This document shows, piece after piece, positions 7,195 through 18,491 of a stretch of DNA of 64,000 bases. The notes below the pieces were generated by a model, which did not search any database, was not told the origin of the DNA, and saw only the letters and a program-made list of their open reading frames with translations. The DNA is taken from positions 231,154-295,153 of the forward strand of contig JAPPMU010000024.1 in assembly GCA_028873965.1 (NCBI GenBank). Reading direction: 5' to 3'. Each line of letters starts with the position of its first letter. Position 1 is the first letter of the stretch. A program made the translations under genes and the position numbers. This DNA comes from Chloroflexota bacterium (GTDB lineage Bacteria; Chloroflexota; Dehalococcoidia; Lucifugimonadales; UBA3495).

Positions 7195-8387
7195 CCAACG
7201 GGAGAATGACGATGACCACCCCCAGATTTCTGCAAATTCACACCCTGCACTCGTACCCGGCCGCCCTGCTGAACCGGGACGACTCGGGCCTGGCCAAGCG
7301 GATGCCTTTCGGCGGGGCTACCCGCACCCGCATCTCATCCCAGTGCCTCAAGCGGCATTGGCGGGTGGCCCAGGACGAGTTCGCGCTGCGCGGCATCGCC
7401 GGAACTACCGCGGCCCTGCGCTCACGGAACGTCGTCGAGCGCAAGGTAATACAGCCGTTGCGCAAAGCCAATGAAATCGACAAGGAGATCCTTGACGCGG
7501 TGGAAAACGCATTCAACATCGGCGTGTACGGCAGCAGCGGCACCACCGAATCGGGACGACAACCGCTGCTCCTGGGCCTGCCCGAAGTGGAGTATCTGCA
7601 ACAGAAAGCCTCCGCCATTTGTACGGAACACCCCGACGACGCCAAAGCCGCCGGCGATGCCGCCACGTTGCTGTTCAGCGCGCGGCGCGGCGAGGGCAAT
7701 AACTTCGCCGCCTTCCGCGACGCCGCGCGGTTGCCCGGCGGTCTGGAAGGCGCGCTGTTCGGGCGGATGGTTACGTCGGACCCGGGGGCCAACATCGAGG
7801 CGGCCATCCACGTGGCCCACGCCTTCACCGTTCACGCCGAGGAGAGCGAGAGCGACTATTTCTCCGTGGTCGATGATCTCCAGCGGGAGGACGAGGACGC
7901 CGGCGCCGCCCACATCGGCGACATGGAGCTGACGGCGGCGTTGGCCTACGGCTATGTCGTCGTGGACGTGCCGGGGCTGGTGTCCAACCTGGAGGGCTGC
8001 GACGCCGGCGAGTGGGACAGTGCCGACCGAGAGCTGGCCGGCAAGGTGGTGGAGCACCTGATCCATCTGATTGCCACCGTGTCGCCAGGGGCCAAACTTG
8101 GGTCCACTGCTCCCTATAGTTATGCCGACTTGATGGTCATTGAGGCCGGCAGCCGCCAGCCGCGCAGCCTGGCCAACGCCTATCGCCGACCGGTTCCGGC
8201 GCGCGTCGATGCCGCCACCGACGCGCTGGCCGCCTGCCTGGGCAAGCTGGATGACGCCTATGGCGGAAAGGAAATCCGCCGCGTGATGTCGGTGGAGGAC
8301 TGCGACATCCCCCGGGCGGAGCGCCTCTGCCTGGACGATCTGGCGACGTGGGCCGCAGAAGCCGTGAGGAACGGTGAAGCGAAATGA
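7191..8387 (+). CDS. cas7: type I-E Cascade backbone subunit Cas7e (Cse4/CasC)
   Basis: Contains RFLQIHTLHSYPAALLNRDDSGLAKRMPFGGATRTRISSQCLKRHWR, the canonical CasC N-terminus. ATGA overlap with cse2. Confidence 0.95.
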   Translation: MTNGRMTMTTPRFLQIHTLHSYPAALLNRDDSGLAKRMPFGGATRTRISSQCLKRHWRVAQDEFALRGIAGTTAALRSRNVVERKVIQPLRKANEIDKEILDAVENAFNIGVYGSSGTTESGRQPLLLGLPEVEYLQQKASAICTEHPDDAKAAGDAATLLFSARRGEGNNFAAFRDAARLPGGLEGALFGRMVTSDPGANIEAAIHVAHAFTVHAEESESDYFSVVDDLQREDEDAGAAHIGDMELTAALAYGYVVVDVPGLVSNLEGCDAGEWDSADRELAGKVVEHLIHLIATVSPGAKLGSTAPYSYADLMVIEAGSRQPRSLANAYRRPVPARVDAATDALAACLGKLDDAYGGKEIRRVMSVEDCDIPRAERLCLDDLATWAAEAVRNGEAK

Positions 8388-9136
8388 CCATGCGGCACCT
8401 GATCATCAACCTGGAAGCGCCGCTGATGGCATTCGGCGGCGAGACGATTGATAATCTCGGCGTGATCAGGCCGTTCCCGGCCGCGTCGATGATTACGGGC
8501 CTGTTCGCGAACGCCCTGGGCTGGCGGCGCATCGAACGGCAGCGACACCAGGAATTGCAGGACCGGATGGTCTTCGCCGCCCGCATCGACCGGGAGCCGG
8601 CCGGCGGCGTCCGCATGACAGACTTTCAGACGGCCCAACTGGCCGCCAACGACCGGGGCTGGACCACCCGGGGCGCTCCGGAAGGCCGCGCCGGAGGGGC
8701 CAACACCTACCTGGCTCCGCACCTGCGCTACCGCGACTACTACGCTGACATGCGCGTCACGGTGGCGCTCCGGCTGGAGCCGGCGGCCGACGCCCCGACC
8801 CTGGATGATCTGGCCAACGCTCTACAGCAACCCGCCCGGCCCCTGTTCATCGGACGGAAACCATGCCTGCCATCGGAGCCCTTGTACGGGGACTTCGCCC
8901 AGGGGGACACGGCGCTGGCCGCGCTGCTCAGCGTGGCCCCGGCCGATAATGGACGCGGCGCTCTCTGCCGTCTCCAGTGGCCCCGGGGCGAGGGCGTGGC
9001 CGACGTCGACGCCAGCCGGACGCGCCTGATCACCGACCAGCGCAACTGGAGTTCGTCGGCTCTGCACGGCGGCGGCCGCTGGGTCTGCGAGGGGAGCGTT
9101 GACCGCAGCCGTTGGACGGAGGTGGCAGCATCATGA
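8384..9136 (+). CDS. cas5: type I-E Cas5e (CasD)
   Basis: Starts MTMRHLIINLEAPLMAFGGETIDNLGVIRPFPAASMITGLFANALGWRR, a typical Cas5e N-terminus. Overlaps the cas7 stop. Confidence 0.95.
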   Translation: MTMRHLIINLEAPLMAFGGETIDNLGVIRPFPAASMITGLFANALGWRRIERQRHQELQDRMVFAARIDREPAGGVRMTDFQTAQLAANDRGWTTRGAPEGRAGGANTYLAPHLRYRDYYADMRVTVALRLEPAADAPTLDDLANALQQPARPLFIGRKPCLPSEPLYGDFAQGDTALAALLSVAPADNGRGALCRLQWPRGEGVADVDASRTRLITDQRNWSSSALHGGGRWVCEGSVDRSRWTEVAAS

Positions 9137-9867
9137 CGGAACCGTTGCAGATGATCCGTGCTGAAATCAACGTGCGGGACTTCCAGCGCTGGATGGGTAT
9201 GCGCCGGCTGCAGGACCCGGACCATGCCATGCACTGCTTCTTGGTTGAGTCGTTCGGCAGCGAACTTGCGCCCAAGCCCTTCCGCGCCATCTTCCCGCGG
9301 GGTGGGTCCCACGGGTGCTTGTATGGCTACGGGACGGCGGATGCAGAAACGTTGCGCGAAGCCGCCGGCCTGTACGCCGACCCGTTGCAGTCGCGCATCA
9401 TCCCGCCTCACGGCATCGACAGCAAACCCATGCCGGCCGAGTGGACCGCCGGCAAACGGCTGGGCTTCGAGGTTCGCGTGAGGCCCGTTGTCCGGCGCAC
9501 GGACAAGGCGGAATGCCGGCCGGGCCGCGAGTGGGACGCCTTCCAGCTGGAGGCCATCCAGCATCCCAAGGGCGAGATGCCCCGCAGCCGCGAGGAAGTT
9601 TATACCGACTGGCTGCGCCGGCAATTTCAGATTAGAGGAGGCGCAGCGCTGGAGTCGGCGACACTGGTGTCCTTCCAGCGCACCCGCGCGGTCCGCCGTC
9701 TGCGCGGCGGATACAGCGAGGGACCCGACGCTCTGATGCGCGGCGTGCTGGAAATCACCGACGGTACTGCCTTCGGCAAACTGCTTGCCGGCGGCGTGGG
9801 ACGCCACCGGGCCTACGGGTACGGAATGCTCCTGCTGCGCCCCGCCGGCCGCCAGCCCGCATCCTGA
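9133..9867 (+). CDS. cas6e: type I-E Cas6e (Cse3/CasE) crRNA endoribonuclease
   Basis: ATG 9133 overlaps the cas5 TGA. The C-terminal glycine-rich motif GVLEITDGTAFGKLLAGGVGRHRAYGYGMLLLRP parallels E. coli CasE GIGPAKSMGCGLLSLAP. Gene order supports the call. Confidence 0.9.
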   Translation: MTEPLQMIRAEINVRDFQRWMGMRRLQDPDHAMHCFLVESFGSELAPKPFRAIFPRGGSHGCLYGYGTADAETLREAAGLYADPLQSRIIPPHGIDSKPMPAEWTAGKRLGFEVRVRPVVRRTDKAECRPGREWDAFQLEAIQHPKGEMPRSREEVYTDWLRRQFQIRGGAALESATLVSFQRTRAVRRLRGGYSEGPDALMRGVLEITDGTAFGKLLAGGVGRHRAYGYGMLLLRPAGRQPAS

Positions 9868-9935
9868 CCCCGTGGATCACCGCACCTTAACAACTGAATA
9901 CCTATCCCCGTCATGGGGGAACGGAGGCGACGCGA

Positions 9936-10913
9936 ATGTTGAGAGGAAGACTGGGGCTGGAGACGGCCCGCATCCCCCACGCCGACCGTCACGGTCTGCT
10001 CTGGCTGTCTCGAGGCGCGTTGACGGTGCGGGACGGCACGTTGCGCTTTGAGCGCCATGCGAGCCCCGACGCCGACAGTTCAATGGATGCCGGCGAGTAC
10101 GGCATACCCTTCCAGAGCCTGTCCATGATCCTGCTGGGTCCGGGCTCCACGGTGAGCCACGACGCCCTGCGGCTGATGGCGCGCCACGGCACCGGGCTGG
10201 TGGCCGTGGGCGAGGACGGCGTGCGGTGCTACACCGCGCCGCCCCTGATGCCCGACACGTCGGACATTGCCCGGCGCCAGATGCGTGCGTGGGTGGACGC
10301 CCAGGGCAGCCGCATCACCATCGCGCGCAAGATGTACGCATTGCGCCTGGGCGAGGTGCTGCCCCACACCGACATCACGGTGCTGCGGGGCATCGAGGGC
10401 GCGCGGATGAAGCGCACCTATCAGAACCTGTCGCGCCAGTATGGGATAACCTGGCGGCGACGTCGCTACGACCGGACCAATCCCACGGCGGCGGACATAC
10501 CCAACCAGGCCATTAACCACGCGTCGGTGGCGGTCACGGCGGCGGCGGTGATCGCGGTTACGTCCCTGGGGGCCATCCCACAGTTGGGGTTCATCCACGA
10601 GCACAGCGGCGAGGCTTTCGCCCTGGATATCGCCGACCTGTTCCGCGATACGGTGCTTCTGCCAGCGGCGTTCCAGGCGGCGGCCGAGGTGGAGAAAAAC
10701 CCCCGGCTGGATGTGGAACGGCACACCCGGCGCACCACGGGCGATATGCTGCGGAAAGAGCGCGTCATCCCGAAGATGATCGACCGCATCAGGACCCTGT
10801 TCCAGGACGTGACTCCGCTGGACGCCGGGCCGGCCGTGGACGCCACGCTGATGGACGGCTGGCCGGATGAGGATGCCCCGGATCAGGATTCATTGGAGGA
10901 GGAGGTCCAATGA
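9936..10913 (+). CDS. cas1: type I-E Cas1 integrase
   Basis: 325 aa. Collinear by eye with E. coli Cas1 (LRGIEGARMKRTYQNLSRQYGITWRRRRYD, GFIHEHSGEAFALDIADLFR). Confidence 0.95.
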   Translation: MLRGRLGLETARIPHADRHGLLWLSRGALTVRDGTLRFERHASPDADSSMDAGEYGIPFQSLSMILLGPGSTVSHDALRLMARHGTGLVAVGEDGVRCYTAPPLMPDTSDIARRQMRAWVDAQGSRITIARKMYALRLGEVLPHTDITVLRGIEGARMKRTYQNLSRQYGITWRRRRYDRTNPTAADIPNQAINHASVAVTAAAVIAVTSLGAIPQLGFIHEHSGEAFALDIADLFRDTVLLPAAFQAAAEVEKNPRLDVERHTRRTTGDMLRKERVIPKMIDRIRTLFQDVTPLDAGPAVDATLMDGWPDEDAPDQDSLEEEVQ

Positions 10914-11218
10914 CGGTAGTGGTAACCGTGAACGTGGAGGGCCGGTACCGGGGGTTCCTGGCCTCGGTGATGCTGGAAATCGCGCCGGGAGTGTACACGT
11001 CGCCGGAGATGACCAGCGGCATCAGGGATCGGATCTGGGACGTGCTGGTCCGATGGCACGGAGAACTGGGCAACGGATCGATCGTGATGACTTGGCGGGA
11101 CCCCGCGGCGCCGGGCCAGCAGCAGATCCGGAGCCTGGGCGATCCGCCCAAGGAGATCGTGGATGCCGACGGCGTGTATTTGGTAAGATACGGTGAGGCC
11201 CGCACTCTTGGCGAATGA
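10910..11218 (+). CDS. cas2: type I-E Cas2
   Basis: 102 aa starting MTVVVTVNVEGRYRGFLASVMLEIAPGVYTSPEMTSGIRDRIWD, which resembles E. coli Cas2. Overlaps the cas1 stop. Confidence 0.95.
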   Translation: MTVVVTVNVEGRYRGFLASVMLEIAPGVYTSPEMTSGIRDRIWDVLVRWHGELGNGSIVMTWRDPAAPGQQQIRSLGDPPKEIVDADGVYLVRYGEARTLGE

Positions 11219-11235
11219 AATTCGATAGATATTAT
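11208..11235 (+). promoter_or_regulatory. candidate CRISPR leader promoter (-35 TTGGCG, 16-nt spacer, -10 TATTAT)
   Basis: Boxes read directly at 11208-11213 and 11230-11235. This is the only AT-rich stretch, and it sits between the cas2 3' end and the first repeat at 11248. Confidence 0.35.
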
Positions 11236-11247
11236 CAGCCGCCAAGA

Positions 11248-14200
11248 GGTTCCCCCGCACGCGCGGGGATAGACCCACTTTGCGTTGGAGCAAAACACGT
11301 TGCTCGACGGTTCCCCCGCACGCGCGGGGATAGACCGCAGTTGCGGTAGATGTTGCGCTTGACCAGGTTGGTTCCCCCGCACGCGCGGGGATAGACCCGC
11401 CGCCGCCGGAGTACCAGCCGCAGTCAGGGCGGTTCCCCCGCACGCGCGGGGATAGACCCATCAGCCGGTCAAGAGAGACGCCACTGTTGCCGGTTCCCCC
11501 GCACGCGCGGGGATAGACCGGCTACCCGGGCGCAACGGGATTGGCTGATGCGGGTTCCCCCGCACGCGCGGGGATAGACCTTCCAGCGGCGCATCATCCG
11601 GTTCCAAACCCACGGTTCCCCCGCACGCGCGGGGATAGACCGTCGCGACTTTGGAGCGGGCATTCCTTCACGACGGTTCCCCCGCACGCGCGGGGATAGA
11701 CCCTCGGTTCCCGCAGCCCGGTGACGACTGGTTCAGGTTCCCCCGCACGCGCGGGGATAGACCTTGTGCCATTTTTCGTAATGAGGGTGAGCGATTGGTT
11801 CCCCCGCACGCGCGGGGATAGACCCGATGACGACGATGACTATTCGGGCATCTACTCGGTTCCCCCGCACGCGCGGGGATAGACCCCATCCACAGCGTTT
11901 GCCGCAGTTCGCCGGATGGGTTCCCCCGCACGCGCGGGGATAGACCCTGCCCGATTTCGTTGCGGGTCCGCTCCGGGGTGGTTCCCCCGCACGCGCGGGG
12001 ATAGACCGGTGTTGGCGGGCGCCTGTCCAAACGGGCGTGAGGTTCCCCCGCACGCGCGGGGATAGACCCCTGCGCAGCACGGTGGAAACGCAGCGGCTGC
12101 GGGTTCCCCCGCACGCGCGGGGATAGACCCGATGCCAAGTCGCCGCCGGGATTGCGCGGATAGGTTCCCCCGCACGCGCGGGGATAGACCTCTTGGCGGG
12201 CATGGTGAGATTGTAGCGGCACAGGTTCCCCCGCACGCGCGGGGATAGACCCGGTGAATACATACCAGAGATGCTATGAGCGCAGGTTCCCCCGCACGCG
12301 CGGGGATAGACCACGTGTCGGGGGGCAGTTCTATGTGCGGGGGTGGGTTCCCCCGCACGCGCGGGGATAGACCCTTCGTGCCATTTAGCGAGTAGACCCT
12401 GACCTCGGTTCCCCCGCACGCGCGGGGATAGACCTGGTCATACGGACGATGCGGGAATCGCCGAGGCGGTTCCCCCGCACGCGCGGGGATAGACCGATGT
12501 TGAGCAGCTTCCACCCGGCGCCGCCGGCGGTTCCCCCGCACGCGCGGGGATAGACCGATGACCGGGCCGCGCATCCCCGGCGGGAGTTTGGTTCCCCCGC
12601 ACGCGCGGGGATAGACCCTGCGCATTGTCCGCATTGTGGCCGGCACGCTGGGTTCCCCCGCACGCGCGGGGATAGACCGTCCCTAGCAGTTTGAGGCTCC
12701 AAAAAGAACTCGGTTCCCCCGCACGCGCGGGGATAGACCGGCGTGGTTTCCCGGATTGTCGCGCCCCCGGGGGGTTCCCCCGCACGCGCGGGGATAGACC
12801 CTCTCCGACACGCCCACCGCCCACGAGGAAGTCGGTTCCCCCGCACGCGCGGGGATAGACCCCGCATCAGATCCCAGGGTCTGACACGCAAGGGGGTTCC
12901 CCCGCACGCGCGGGGATAGACCGTGGCGCACCAGCCCTTGCCCCATGAGCGTTTGGGTTCCCCCGCACGCGCGGGGATAGACCCTGCGCGTACTGTGCTC
13001 ACAATTGAGCCTGATTGGTTCCCCCGCACGCGCGGGGATAGACCGTACAGGGTATCAGATAGCACAATACGCGACGCGGTTCCCCCGCACGCGCGGGGAT
13101 AGACCCGATGATGACAGTGGATACAACGGTACGGCAAAGGTTCCCCCGCACGCGCGGGGATAGACCTCACTTTCGGGCGGTATGAAAAGGGTTACGTGGG
13201 GTTCCCCCGCACGCGCGGGGATAGACCTTTGCCTTGCCAGCCTTTCCGCTATCAGGTCGGGGTTCCCCCGCACGCGCGGGGATAGACCTTCCATATCCGC
13301 TCCCGATGTTGATGTTGGTGTGGTTCCCCCGCACGCGCGGGGATAGACCGCCCTTGTACGTTCCTGTCTCTACCCTCATCATGGTTCCCCCGCACGCGCG
13401 GGGATAGACCCCATCTATAGCCCCCTGTACGCGCCTTCACCGAGGTTCCCCCGCACGCGCGGGGATAGACCCCGCATCGTAACCGATTTCGGCGGCATGA
13501 CCCCGGTTCCCCCGCACGCGCGGGGATAGACCCCAACGTGGTCATCCTCGCCCTGGCCGGCGGAGGGTTCCCCCGCACGCGCGGGGATAGACCCGCTTCA
13601 CCTACATGGGAGACGACGACAATGAAGGTTCCCCCGCACGCGCGGGGATAGACCGTCCACCGGGGCCGCGTACAGCATGGTAAGACAGGTTCCCCCGCAC
13701 GCGCGGGGATAGACCTCACTATGATTGGGCCGATGGGCACTGGGATAGGGTTCCCCCGCACGCGCGGGGATAGACCTACGCAGGATATACTCGTTGCGTT
13801 GAGGGACTGGGTTCCCCCGCACGCGCGGGGATAGACCGTCATTCCCACGGCCACGTCGCCCTCCGCCTTCGGTTCCCCCGCACGCGCGGGGATAGACCCT
13901 CCTCGCTGGGCCGGCGGTCCGAGAGGGCGAAGGTTCCCCCGCACGCGCGGGGATAGACCGCGGCAAGGGGGAAAGTGGCGCATCATTGCTTCGGTTCCCC
14001 CGCACGCGCGGGGATAGACCTCAACCCGCGTCGTCCGGCCCACCGTGCTCCGCGGTTCCCCCGCACGCGCGGGGATAGACCGGCCCTATCGGATGGGTCA
14101 AGTTGGGCGTCGCCGGTTCCCCCGCACGCGCGGGGATAGACCCCACTCGCCCCGCGTGACGCAGTGGACGTGGGAGGTTCCCCCGCACGCGCGGGGATAG

Positions 14201-17200
14201 ACCCATAAAGAATATTATTTCACCCAACCGTGCCCGGGTTCCCCCGCACGCGCGGGGATAGACCCCTGGCCGCCGTAACCTACGAGAGCCTGGGCGAGGT
14301 TCCCCCGCACGCGCGGGGATAGACCGTACCAGCGGGGGCGGGCCTCGGTGTTGGGCGGGGTTCCCCCGCACGCGCGGGGATAGACCCACCCCCGCACATA
14401 GAACTGCCCCCCGACACGTGGTTCCCCCGCACGCGCGGGGATAGACCCTGTTGGTGGGCGCCGGGGACGCGAGATCGCCAGGTTCCCCCGCACGCGCGGG
14501 GATAGACCGGATATGAGCAGGTTCATTATCGACATGGTTTCGGTTCCCCCGCACGCGCGGGGATAGACCGAGGCGGCCACGTCGTCCAGGTTGGTCCAAC
14601 GGGGTTCCCCCGCACGCGCGGGGATAGACCCTGTCCAATTTTCGGATGCAGCAGGGTTCAGGGGGTTCCCCCGCACGCGCGGGGATAGACCCATCAGTCA
14701 TCTGGACACGTCGTTTCGGTCTGGGGTTCCCCCGCACGCGCGGGGATAGACCGTCCTGAACCCAGGCGCGCCGCAGGGTCCGCAGGGTTCCCCCGCACGC
14801 GCGGGGATAGACCCTCTTCTATAAGAGGTTCGAGCGCCTCTTCATAGGTTCCCCCGCACGCGCGGGGATAGACCTCATATTCTGATTGATAGGGGCGGCC
14901 TCTTTACGGTTCCCCCGCACGCGCGGGGATAGACCCTATTACAAGCAGTCCCTTGCCAGCATTGGCGAGGTTCCCCCGCACGCGCGGGGATAGACCCGTC
15001 CAAAAAAATAACACCTAGGTGTTACAGACGGTTCCCCCGCACGCGCGGGGATAGACCTTTGTCGGCAAAGACTTTATAGAGGAAAGACTGGGTTCCCCCG
15101 CACGCGCGGGGATAGACCGATCAGGCCATTGCCCAATACTGGTCGGGGAACGGTTCCCCCGCACGCGCGGGGATAGACCGGCGGTTCGGGCAGCAGCCCC
15201 CCGTCCGATGTTGGTTCCCCCGCACGCGCGGGGATAGACCCCACCAACCAGCGGGCCGTCCGCGCGTCGCTGCGGTTCCCCCGCACGCGCGGGGATAGAC
15301 CCGACCCAGACGTTGCGGGGACGTCCATAGGCCCGGTTCCCCCGCACGCGCGGGGATAGACCGGAAGCCAGGTTGTACGGATGGGCCATCGTGGAGGTTC
15401 CCCCGCACGCGCGGGGATAGACCCCGAGGCCGAGGCCTATCTCAGGAGGTGACCAAGGTTCCCCCGCACGCGCGGGGATAGACCCTTCAGCAAAGCCGGC
15501 TTTGGCTTCATCACCCGGGTTCCCCCGCACGCGCGGGGATAGACCGGACCGGAGCGGTGAGCCGGAGATGCGCTACGCGGTTCCCCCGCACGCGCGGGGA
15601 TAGACCCCCCGCGACCAGCTGGACTACGAGAACAAGGAGGGTTCCCCCGCACGCGCGGGGATAGACCCCGCTCCATCGCCTCGGCCGCGGCGCCCGTGCC
15701 GGTTCCCCCGCACGCGCGGGGATAGACCCGGTGAATACATACCAGAGATGCTATGAGCGCAGGTTCCCCCGCACGCGCGGGGATAGACCCGCCGTTGCCC
15801 ATAATGTTCCAGGCTTGCCGTGGGTTCCCCCGCACGCGCGGGGATAGACCTTGTGTGGCTGTTCAACCCGGACGGCGCGGCTTGGTTCCCCCGCACGCGC
15901 GGGGATAGACCGTTGCACGATGATACCGCAAAGTGGGTGGACGTGGTTCCCCCGCACGCGCGGGGATAGACCCGCGGTTGACGAATTCCTGCGCCAACCC
16001 CCGTTGGTTCCCCCGCACGCGCGGGGATAGACCGCCGGCCCTCCAACCTGGGCTCGACCATACCCGGGTTCCCCCGCACGCGCGGGGATAGACCCCAATA
16101 TGACCGGATGGGACGCGACAACAGCATGGTTCCCCCGCACGCGCGGGGATAGACCCGCCAACGCCAACGGCGCGGTGGGTATAGCGCTGGTTCCCCCGCA
16201 CGCGCGGGGATAGACCGTACATGGCGTGGGTGGAGTCGACGATCGACGAGGTTCCCCCGCACGCGCGGGGATAGACCGGTGCCAAACACCAGCAAGTGCG
16301 CGGCGAAGGCGGTTCCCCCGCACGCGCGGGGATAGACCCCACGTTCACGATGGTGCGGTTATCCTGCAAGAGGTTCCCCCGCACGCGCGGGGATAGACCC
16401 TGCCCGATCTCATTGCGGGTCCGCTCCGGGGTGGTTCCCCCGCACGCGCGGGGATAGACCCGGTGTGAGGCCCTGCGAGTGTCCGTAATGGATGGTTCCC
16501 CCGCACGCGCGGGGATAGACCCATCTCATAGGCGTTGTGCGGACCCTCCGGCGAGGTTCCCCCGCACGCGCGGGGATAGACCCCAATAACCGCGCAGTAC
16601 CCAGCTCTCCGCGTAGGTTCCCCCGCACGCGCGGGGATAGACCCTCGGCCGCGGTGATTCCATCTTCCCGCCAGGCGGTTCCCCCGCACGCGCGGGGATA
16701 GACCTTGGACGCCGTCCTCGACGTACGCCTGCTCGGCGGTTCCCCCGCACGCGCGGGGATAGACCCCTGATCTTGAACTCCGGCGCCGGAGGCGAGCGGG
16801 TTCCCCCGCACGCGCGGGGATAGACCGCATATGAGCGTTGCCTACCCACATTGCCAGCCGGTTCCCCCGCACGCGCGGGGATAGACCCGAAACGGCCAAT
16901 GTATCTGAGCGTACCCGACTGGTTCCCCCGCACGCGCGGGGATAGACCCGCCATGATTTACGGAATGCCCTATCAGCCGCCGGTTCCCCCGCACGCGCGG
17001 GGATAGACCGATGGTACAAATATTCAACTATGAGGTGAATATGGTTCCCCCGCACGCGCGGGGATAGACCCTGAGACGGGCAAGGTCAGCGCGGCGCAAG
17101 CCGGGTTCCCCCGCACGCGCGGGGATAGACCCGTCTAGCGGAGATAGGTTGACACCGGGTATCTGGTTCCCCCGCACGCGCGGGGATAGACCCTGAAGGG

Positions 17201-17802
17201 AGTACGCAATCCGACGGATGCTACTGGTTCCCCCGCACGCGCGGGGATAGACCCCTGTATCATTATCATATCCTCCGTAAAGCCCAGGTTCCCCCGCACG
17301 CGCGGGGATAGACCTTTCTTGAGCCCGGCGACTCCCTGAAGGGGCGGGGTTCCCCCGCACGCGCGGGGATAGACCGGCACAATCCGCGACGCCGTTTTCG
17401 GTGAAGGCGGTTCCCCCGCACGCGCGGGGATAGACCCATCCACTGGGGGGCAAAAACTGGGTGAAAGTAGGTTCCCCCGCACGCGCGGGGATAGACCCTT
17501 AGCCACTCATGTGGCATTCACTTACAGGGCGGTTCCCCCGCACGCGCGGGGATAGACCCCTTCGGCTCATTTTCACCTTGCCGTCGCTGCCGGTTCCCCC
17601 GCACGCGCGGGGATAGACCTTCGTGGACAATGGCCCGCTGCCCTAGAGGGGTGGTTCCCCCGCACGCGCGGGGATAGACGTTTTGCACAGTCAGCGCAAG
17701 ATCGGCGGTTGGTGGTTCCCCCGCACGCGCGGGGATAGACCGCATCGGAGTTACCATATCTCCGAACTCTATTCGGTTCCCCCGCACGCGCGGGGATAGA
17801 CC
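11248..17802 (+). CRISPR. type I-E CRISPR array, block 1: 108 repeats of GGTTCCCCCGCACGCGCGGGGATAGACC with 33-nt spacers
   Basis: First repeat at 11248 and last at 17775, a distance of 6527 = 107 x 61. Repeat orientation matches E. coli GTTCCCCGCGCCAGCGGGGATAAACC, so the array is transcribed on the plus strand from the cas2 side. The repeat at 17653 ends in G instead of C. Confidence 0.97.
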
Positions 17803-17811
17803 CCTTGCCCC

Positions 17812-18039
17812 ATGACTACGCTTTTTGTTCAAGAATGGGATAGGCTAGACCATGTGGCCGCGGCTGAATACGGCCAGGTTAGCGACGCTGCGCTCCGCAC
17901 TCTGATTTGGAGCAATCCCGCGCTGCCATTCGGGATCAATTTCCCGCCGTCAACGATCCTGAACGTTCCCGCCGATCCGATCTCGGTTCGGTATTCAGCG
18001 GACGTTGACCCGACGTCGAAGGCTGCGCTTGACGGGTGA
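17812..18039 (+). CDS. phage tail protein X-like (P2 gpX-like) ORF
   Basis: 75 aa. LFVQEWDRLDHVAAAEYGQVSDAALRTLIWSNPALPFGINFPPSTILNVPAD fits the recalled tail-X pattern (GDTLD..YG......ANP.L.....LP.G..I.LP). Confidence 0.45.
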   Translation: MTTLFVQEWDRLDHVAAAEYGQVSDAALRTLIWSNPALPFGINFPPSTILNVPADPISVRYSADVDPTSKAALDG

Positions 18040-18044
18040 ACGAA

Positions 18045-18161
18045 ATGGATTGCAAATGCAAATGCGGTTGCCGATTGCCTCTATACCCGTGGGATTATGC
18101 GTCGGGTATCTGCGAAAACTGCGCCGAACGGTGTCAGAATTCGTTGGGCAATGGGCGATAG
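18045..18161 (+). CDS. 38-aa Cys-rich ORF
   Basis: Own translation: MDCKCKCGCRLPLYPWDYASGICENCAERCQNSLGNGR. Too short for the supplied track. Confidence 0.2.
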   Translation: MDCKCKCGCRLPLYPWDYASGICENCAERCQNSLGNGR

Positions 18162-18265
18162 GTTCTTTCCAGGCCGCCGCCGGCCCCTTGCGGCTCAACG
18201 GCGCACGAGTCGGCAAGTGCGGTGATGCCAAGTATTATCAAATGCGATACGGTGAATGATCCGAT

Positions 18266-18491
18266 ATGCCGCGTATCACGCAAAAGGAAATCGCGGGCGT
18301 GGTTGGGGTTTCGCAGGCGACCGTTTCCGGTTGGCAGTTGGGGCGCAACCCGTCATGGATCGACGTTGCTGCAAAGGTAGTCAGCACGGATCGCCTGTAC
18401 GGTGAACCCGCCATGCGTGACCTGATCCTGCGGGTCGTCGCGGAGCGGGATCCGAACGCAACCCCGCTTGGCAGTCGCGGCCGTTGGGAGT
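18266..18491 (+). pseudogene. XRE/Cro-like HTH gene truncated at the junction with the CRISPR repeat
   Basis: MPRITQKEIAGVVGVSQATVSGWQLGRNP is a classic HTH. The ORF has no stop of its own and reads into repeat and spacer sequence (track ORF 18266..18577). Confidence 0.5.

Larger units (their letters stand above)
17803..18491 (+). other. 689-bp phage-like DNA segment occupying a spacer position inside the CRISPR array
   Basis: Flanked by direct repeats at 17775-17802 and 18492-18519. Carries three same-strand ORFs, listed below. Confidence 0.8.

Noticed and set aside
17803-18491. Interpretation of the 689-bp interruption as the leader of an independent second CRISPR array.
   Set aside because: The sequence adjoining repeat 18492 is GC-rich, protein-coding (a truncated HTH ORF), and unlike the cas2-proximal leader. 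Both blocks share repeat, period and orientation.
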